43,453 nucleotides of DNA, taken from positions 1 to 43,453 of the forward strand of contig JABCNZ020000010.1 of NCBI GenBank assembly GCA_013333845.2, written 5' to 3'. The stretch is from Candidatus Saccharimonadota bacterium (GTDB lineage Bacteria; Patescibacteriota; Saccharimonadia; Saccharimonadales; Saccharimonadaceae). Below are positions 37,750-43,453 of this stretch, piece by piece; position 1 is the stretch's first letter, and each line of letters begins with the position of its first letter. The translations under genes and the position numbers were made by a program. The notes under the pieces were generated by a model, which saw only the letters and a list, made by a program, of their open reading frames with translations, searched no databases and was not told the DNA's origin.

Positions 37750-38301
37750 ATGAAAGCTAGTTTCAAGCCAAAAAAGATTTTGTGGATGGATTTGGAAATG
37801 ACCGGGTTGGATCCGGTGCGTGATGAGATTTTGGAGGCGGCGGCGATCGTCACGGATTGGGATTTTACGGAGATTGCGACGTATGAAGGAGTTGTACAAC
37901 ACGACTCAGAGAAGCTGAGGAAATTACTGGATCGAAACGCCAGCTTTTGGAATGAACATCCAGCGGCGCGCCGCGGTTTGGAGGAACAAAATGCCTCGGG
38001 CAAGCCGTTGGCCGAGGTGGAGTATGAGCTGCTTACGTTTTGTGATGAACATTTTGCGGATGAACCGCGGATTTTACTTGGTGGTAATTCAATTCATCAA
38101 GACCGGCGATTTATTGACCAATGGTGGCCTTTGTTGTCAAAAAGACTACACTATCGGATGCTGGACGTCAGTGCCTGGAAAGTGGTGTTTGAGGGTAAAT
38201 ACGGCAAGAAATTTGCCAAACCAGAGGATCATCGGGCGCTGGAAGACATTCGTGGTAGTATTCAAGAACTAAAATATTATTTGAAGAAGGTGAAGGTGTG
38301 A
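37750..38301 (+). CDS. orn: Oligoribonuclease
   Basis: LWMDLEMTGLD, GNSIHQDRRF, HYRMLDVS, HRALEDI. Confidence 0.95.
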   Translation: MKASFKPKKILWMDLEMTGLDPVRDEILEAAAIVTDWDFTEIATYEGVVQHDSEKLRKLLDRNASFWNEHPAARRGLEEQNASGKPLAEVEYELLTFCDEHFADEPRILLGGNSIHQDRRFIDQWWPLLSKRLHYRMLDVSAWKVVFEGKYGKKFAKPEDHRALEDIRGSIQELKYYLKKVKV

Positions 38302-39164
38302 CAGATAAAATATGGCATGATATCAGCGAGGATTCGCTAGAAGTACGACAAAGCTTAATTGAAAAATTAAACTTATCGGAGTTGCAGCGGCGGATTTTGA
38401 TTGAAAACCGTTGGCTGCCGCAAGCGGTCGAAGGTGGCGATTGGCTACTGATTAAGGCGGAAATCCCAAGTATTGAACGCCGCAATGTCCATTGGCAAGG
38501 GTTGACGATTTTGCTCAGCAAAAACAAAGTTATCACCTTGCACCGCGACGAATTAGATAGCGAGGTTACCGAGCGGATTGAAGCGTACCGGCCAGGCGCT
38601 TTGTCGCCGTCGCTAATCGCAGCAACGATGATTCAATTTACAGTCGAACAGTATATGCCGATTCTTAATTCAATTGACGATGTAACCGATCAATTAGAAG
38701 ATACAATGATTCGCGATCCGGGCAAGCATCAGTTGCAGCAGCTTTTTGTGTATAAGCGCCAATTGGCGGATTTGCGCAAAGTGATTTTGCCGCTGATGAA
38801 TATGCTGAATGGTTTGAGTAACGGCCGATACGGTATTTTTGATGAAAAGTGCGCGATTTATGCGCGCGACAGCTACGATTACGCTTGGCGCGTGCACGAG
38901 CTAATCGATACCATGCGCGATCTATTGACTAGCGCGCTGGATATGTATTTGTCGGTGGTATCTAATCGAATGAATGATGTAATGAAGCGCTTGACGATTG
39001 TAACAACGATATTTATGCCGATGTCGTTTTTGACAGGTCTAGCTGGCATGAACTTTTCGCAGCTGCCGTTTCATAGCGACGTAATGTTTTGGATAACGAT
39101 GGCGCTGCTGGTCGTTTTGCCGATATTGATGCTGGTATACTTTATACGGAGCAAATGGCTATGA
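38298..39164 (+). CDS. corA: CorA family Mg2+/Co2+ transporter
   Basis: SNRMNDVMKRLT, GMNF motif, two C-terminal TM helices. Confidence 0.9.
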   Translation: MTDKIWHDISEDSLEVRQSLIEKLNLSELQRRILIENRWLPQAVEGGDWLLIKAEIPSIERRNVHWQGLTILLSKNKVITLHRDELDSEVTERIEAYRPGALSPSLIAATMIQFTVEQYMPILNSIDDVTDQLEDTMIRDPGKHQLQQLFVYKRQLADLRKVILPLMNMLNGLSNGRYGIFDEKCAIYARDSYDYAWRVHELIDTMRDLLTSALDMYLSVVSNRMNDVMKRLTIVTTIFMPMSFLTGLAGMNFSQLPFHSDVMFWITMALLVVLPILMLVYFIRSKWL

Positions 39165-39499
39165 CGCACCAGCAGTTTGAAGAGTTTTTGCTAAGTTTGC
39201 CAGGCGCCTGGTTGGACTATCCGTTTGGCGATAAGGTGGCTGTGTACAAAGTCGGCCGCAAAGATGCTGGCCAAAGCGAAAAGATGTTTGCGTTGATAGC
39301 CGAGGGTTCAAAGCCGTTGCGGATTAGCTTGAAATGTGATCCGCAATTGTCGTTAAAGTTACAACAAAAGTACGAATCGGTTCAGCCAGGCTTTCATCTC
39401 AATAAAAAACACTGGATTACGGTGATTTGCAGCGGCCAGCTCAGCGACGAAGAACTTTTTGATCTGGCGCGGTTAAGTTATCGGCTGGTGACGGAATAG
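39161..39499 (+). CDS. MmcQ/YjbR family DNA-binding protein
   Basis: DYPFG, KMFALI, LKCDP, PGFHLNKKHW, SYRLV; ATGA overlap with corA. Confidence 0.9.
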   Translation: MTHQQFEEFLLSLPGAWLDYPFGDKVAVYKVGRKDAGQSEKMFALIAEGSKPLRISLKCDPQLSLKLQQKYESVQPGFHLNKKHWITVICSGQLSDEELFDLARLSYRLVTE

Positions 39500-39502
39500 C
39501 TG

Positions 39503-40405
39503 CTACTGCTTGGTTGAAGCGAAGTCGTGGTAAGCTTTGAGGATAACGTCGATATTATTAATGGATTCGTCGCAGAACGAGCGGATTGATTTGGAGTCGC
39601 TAACCTTTTTAAGCTTGTTGAGCTGCGACTTTAAAATGGTTAATTCGTAAGTCATGGCGGTGGCGTAGCTGCTGTCGAGCTTGCCTTTTTGGTAGGAATC
39701 GTTGAGCTTTTTCTGCAGGGCTTCTAGGTAGCTTTTTTCGGTACTAGAGGATTTTTTCTGGATTTTGCGCTCTTTGATGATGGCGTCTAGCCGAGTCTGC
39801 ATGGTCGTCAGGGTGCTGTTGAGTGCAGTGTTGGCCTCGGCAATTTCAGTCTGCGTCAGGCGGCCTTCGTTTTCATCGACGACTTTGTTCAGTGTATCGG
39901 TGCGATCGCGGATCGGCTGGATTAAACTGTTGGCATCAGATGCGCCAGGGTTGATGATTAGAATCAAAATGATGATAACGCTAGCAATAACAGTGCCAAT
40001 GAGCGCAAATATAGCAATTCGATTGATGGTGTGCTGTTCTTGCGGAGCGATACGGTTAAGGTAGTCAACAGTATTATAATCATCATCCGAGCTGCTGGCG
40101 TAAACTGGGAAGGTGCTTAGCGGCTGCGGTCCTGTGTCGTACGATGGTGCGGTTTGGTTAATTTGCGGTAGTTGATCAGGCTGATTAGTTGCCAGGCTGG
40201 ATGTTTGCTGCGGGTATGCTGGCTGCTGCGGCTGGACAGCTTGGCTATTGTAATATGAATTAGGCGCCGTTTGCTGCTGCGGTGTTTGCTGGCCGTAGAC
40301 CTGATTGTACGGTGCGGCTGGCTGCTGCGGGTTTTCTGGCGGTAAATTATTAGCAGAACCCTGCGAATACGGTTGTTGCGGATTGGTGTACGGGTCCTGA
40401 TTCAT
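39503..40405 (-). CDS. Hypothetical bitopic membrane protein with Q/P-rich N-terminus
   Basis: Low-complexity Q/P region, DYLNRIAP, one TM helix, helical C-terminal domain. Confidence 0.75.
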   Translation of the reverse strand: MNQDPYTNPQQPYSQGSANNLPPENPQQPAAPYNQVYGQQTPQQQTAPNSYYNSQAVQPQQPAYPQQTSSLATNQPDQLPQINQTAPSYDTGPQPLSTFPVYASSSDDDYNTVDYLNRIAPQEQHTINRIAIFALIGTVIASVIIILILIINPGASDANSLIQPIRDRTDTLNKVVDENEGRLTQTEIAEANTALNSTLTTMQTRLDAIIKERKIQKKSSSTEKSYLEALQKKLNDSYQKGKLDSSYATAMTYELTILKSQLNKLKKVSDSKSIRSFCDESINNIDVILKAYHDFASTKQ

Positions 40406-40459
40406 ATCTATATTTAACCACAACCGATAACAGAGGTAAAGAGTGATATACTAAAATGT

Positions 40460-42220
40460 ATGGATGCCAAGGAGGAAATTCGCTCGCGGCTCAATATCGA
40501 AGATGTGATTGGCGAATATGTTGAGCTGAAGCGGGCAGGGCGCAGCTATAAGGGGTTAAGTCCGTTTACTGGCGAGAAAACGCCTAGCTTTTTCGTAAGT
40601 CCTGAAAAAAATATTTGGCATGATTTCTCGAGCAACAAAGGCGGCGATGTTTTCGCTTTTGTGATGGAGGCTGAGGGGATGGATTTTCGCCAGGCGATGG
40701 AATTTTTGGCGCGCAAAGCTGGGGTTGACCTCAGCGAATATCAATCGGCTGGCGCCAAAAAGCGCAATGCTTATAAAAAGCGGCTGTTGGCAGCCAACGA
40801 GCTAGCAGCACGATATTTCCAACAGAGTTTATTGCGTAGCCAGCAGGCGATTGAATATGTTTTTAAGCAGCGAGGATTGTCGCGGCAAACTGTTCAGAAT
40901 TTTCAGATTGGTTATGCGCCGGATAGCGGCACGGCGTTGCTGGCGGCGCTCGAAAAAAGAGGTTTTACTAAGCGAGAGATCAACGACGCGGGGTTATTAA
41001 ACCGCTATGGCAAAGATTTGTTTCGTGGTCGAATGATGATTCCGTTGATGGATCAGGGCGGGCAAGTAATTGGCTTTACCGGGCGGATTATCGGCAACGT
41101 GCCGAATGCGCCGAAATATCTGAATACGCCGCAGACATTACTATATGATAAGGGTCGTCATATTTTCGCGTTGAGTCAAGCCAAGGAGGCGATCCGCAAA
41201 AGCGGGTTCGTAGTGATGGTTGAGGGAAATTTGGATGTAGTTAGCAGCCACCAAGCGGGAGTGGCGCAAACAGTAGCGACTGCTGGCACGTCGATGACTG
41301 AAAATCATCTCAAAGCGGTCAAACGGCTGACTAGCGATGTTCGCCTCTGTTATGATAGCGATAAAGCGGGTGTGGCAGCGACCGAGCGGGCAATTGAGCT
41401 GGCTTCGCACGAGGGCGTTGAGCTGACGATTATTTCGTTGCCAGATGGTGCTAAAGACCCAGATGAATTGATCAAATCGAGTGTTCAGGCGTGGCGCGAA
41501 GCGGTAACTCGCAACGAGCCGGCTGTCGAATGGGTATTGCGCCAGCATGCCGGGCGCTGCGATTTGGATACAGCGGTCGGCCGGCGAACTTTTACTACAG
41601 CAGCGCTGCGAATAGTGCGCGGGCTAGCTGACCCCGTCGAGCGCGAATACTATATCAAGCGGATAGCCGCTATGTCGCATACTAGCGAGGAGGCGGTGCG
41701 CCAAAAATTAGCTGGCGAGCCAGTCAAGAAACAAACTTTCAAACCCGTTGTTGCAAATACATCGATTATTAAGAACGAACAGGCGGTGCTAGAGGATAAC
41801 ATTTTGGCTTTGGCGCTTTATGATGCTAGGTGTTTAGAAGAATTGCGCCGCGCCGGCCGCCAGCAGTGGAGCAGTGCCGAACGAGAGTTATTAGCGACGG
41901 TACTCCTCGAAGAAGACGATCCGCAAAATCGCCCTAAAAAGTTGCAAAAAGCTGATATTTATGTAAAAATGGTATCATTGCGCGCTGAGGAGCGTTACGC
42001 AGCGTGGGATAGCGGCGATCGCTATATTGAGATGTGCCACCTGCTGTGGGAGAAAGAGAACACACACAACAAACAAACTCAACAGGAATTATTAGCTAAA
42101 TTACGCGACGCTGAAGCTGCTGGCGATGAGGCAGCGGCTAGAGAGTTGCGTGCGGCACTAAATAACATAATCAAGGAGAAAGCTCGTGACAAACGACGAC
42201 CAAGCGCAGAAGCCATCTGA
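40460..42220 (+). CDS. dnaG: DNA primase
   Basis: [33 protein letters not shown] and YDSDKAG, KDPDE. Confidence 0.96.
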   Translation: MDAKEEIRSRLNIEDVIGEYVELKRAGRSYKGLSPFTGEKTPSFFVSPEKNIWHDFSSNKGGDVFAFVMEAEGMDFRQAMEFLARKAGVDLSEYQSAGAKKRNAYKKRLLAANELAARYFQQSLLRSQQAIEYVFKQRGLSRQTVQNFQIGYAPDSGTALLAALEKRGFTKREINDAGLLNRYGKDLFRGRMMIPLMDQGGQVIGFTGRIIGNVPNAPKYLNTPQTLLYDKGRHIFALSQAKEAIRKSGFVVMVEGNLDVVSSHQAGVAQTVATAGTSMTENHLKAVKRLTSDVRLCYDSDKAGVAATERAIELASHEGVELTIISLPDGAKDPDELIKSSVQAWREAVTRNEPAVEWVLRQHAGRCDLDTAVGRRTFTTAALRIVRGLADPVEREYYIKRIAAMSHTSEEAVRQKLAGEPVKKQTFKPVVANTSIIKNEQAVLEDNILALALYDARCLEELRRAGRQQWSSAERELLATVLLEEDDPQNRPKKLQKADIYVKMVSLRAEERYAAWDSGDRYIEMCHLLWEKENTHNKQTQQELLAKLRDAEAAGDEAAARELRAALNNIIKEKARDKRRPSAEAI

Positions 42221-43163
42221 CGACAATATACAAGATCAAGACATCAATGAGCCTGATATCAACGATTTGATGGACGAAGATACTCCTGAAGATGTACTCA
42301 ATGCTAATCAATATTTCGACGATATTTCGGACGACTCAGTGCGGCTGCATTTGCGAGAGATTGGCAAAATCCCGCTGCTGAGCGCCGAGGAAGAACTAGA
42401 ATTGGCAAAACGCGTCAAAGAAGGCGACAAGAAGGCCAAAGACAAGATGGCCGAGGCGAATATGCGTCTGGTGGTATCGATCGCTAAACGATATTCGGGC
42501 CGCGGCTTAGACTTCTTGGATTTGATTCAAGAAGGGCATACTGGTTTGTTGCGCGCGGTTGAAAAATTTGATCCGGATAAAGGCTTTAAATTCTCGACTT
42601 ATGCTACCTGGTGGATTCGCCAGGCGATTACCCGGGCGATTGCTGATCAGGCGCGAACGATTCGTATTCCAGTTCACATGGTAGAAACCATCAATAAATT
42701 GCTGCGCACGCAGCGGCGCATGACACAGGAGTTGAACCGCGAGCCAACGATTGAAGAGCTAGCTAAAGAGCTAGAGATGGAACCAGAAAAAGTCGAATAT
42801 GTCATGAAAATCAAGCAGGACATTTCGAGCTTGGATGCTGGTGTCGGCCGCGACGGCGATGACGAAGGCGAGTCGGTGCTGGGCGATTTCATTGAGGATG
42901 AAGGTACGATTAGTCCAGAGGAATCAGCCTCGAATCAGCTGTTAAAGGAACAAGTTAAAGATTTGCTAAGTACGCTGAGCGATCGCGAACAAAAGATTGT
43001 CCGGATGCGCTTTGGATTAGATAGCGGCAAGAGCCATACGCTTGAAGAGGTTGGCCAGGAATTTGCGGTGACGCGCGAGCGAATTCGCCAGATTGAAGCT
43101 AAAGCGCTAGCGAAGCTACGCAAGCATAAAGACGCTAAAAAACTTTATACTTACTTGCAATAG
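42186..43163 (+). CDS. rpoD: RNA polymerase primary sigma factor (short, no typical region 1.1)
   Basis: [56 protein letters not shown]. Confidence 0.96.
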   Translation: MTNDDQAQKPSDDNIQDQDINEPDINDLMDEDTPEDVLNANQYFDDISDDSVRLHLREIGKIPLLSAEEELELAKRVKEGDKKAKDKMAEANMRLVVSIAKRYSGRGLDFLDLIQEGHTGLLRAVEKFDPDKGFKFSTYATWWIRQAITRAIADQARTIRIPVHMVETINKLLRTQRRMTQELNREPTIEELAKELEMEPEKVEYVMKIKQDISSLDAGVGRDGDDEGESVLGDFIEDEGTISPEESASNQLLKEQVKDLLSTLSDREQKIVRMRFGLDSGKSHTLEEVGQEFAVTRERIRQIEAKALAKLRKHKDAKKLYTYLQ

Positions 43164-43178
43164 TTTTGATTTTAGGTG

Positions 43179-43453
43179 TTATACATTAACAAAACCAGTT
43201 GTACTGAGCAGCGAATTAATCTTGGCATATAGCGCAGTGATATCGCTGTCGTTAATTAAATAATAATCAGCGATAGCTATTGGTCCGCCTTTTTCGATGT
43301 CTTCAATCTCTGACCAGTCGCGCTGGTTAGCTTGTTCGGCGGTGAATGGCCGCTCGGGGCGAGTTGCGAGACGGCGGTGGCGCAAATGTTTTGGCGCGAC
43401 AATGGCGGCAACGATGAGTTCGCCAGGAAACTCGTGTTTGAGAAACTTGTACT
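43179..43453 (-). CDS. C-terminal part of a dephospho-CoA kinase/NMP kinase-like P-loop protein (runs off the window)
   Basis: ...YKFLKHEFPGELIVAAIVAPKHLRHRRLATRPER...RDWSEIE...IAIADYYLIND. Confidence 0.65.
   Translation of the reverse strand, partial: YKFLKHEFPGELIVAAIVAPKHLRHRRLATRPERPFTAEQANQRDWSEIEDIEKGGPIAIADYYLINDSDITALYAKINSLLSTTGFVNV

Overview
Chromosomal window that looks like Saccharibacteria (TM7, Patescibacteria/CPR), standard code 11. The assignment is inferred from gene content: a tandem VirB2/TrbC-like pilin array beside large TrbL/VirB6-like membrane proteins, FemABX/MurE, a short RpoD and many leaderless genes. The left 10 kb is a T4SS-like pilin locus with 7 pilin paralogs, Hsp20 and a frameshifted comF. 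Five tRNAs are present: all four Ser isoacceptors and an unusual Arg-GCG. Housekeeping genes include a MacB-like ABC pair, PGI/PMI, two FemABX, murE, tsaD, tsaC, valS, rlmH, HIT, an ABC-2 pair, nrdAB, pyrG, argS, mscL, pyrH, orn, corA, mmcQ, dnaG and rpoD. The most notable observation is the ribonucleotide reductase. It has a class Ic-type beta subunit and an alpha subunit with no C-terminal redox cysteine pair. Directly after nrdB is a separately promoted 57-aa ORF, absent from the ORF track, ending in ...PIDPATLTMCEGRQ. This resembles a free-standing version of the missing NrdA CxxCQ tail and is a candidate trans-acting redox shuttle. NrdR-box-like palindromes precede both nrdA and pyrG. Several single-base lesions in conserved genes suggest consensus or assembly errors, so the pseudogene calls need read-level checking.
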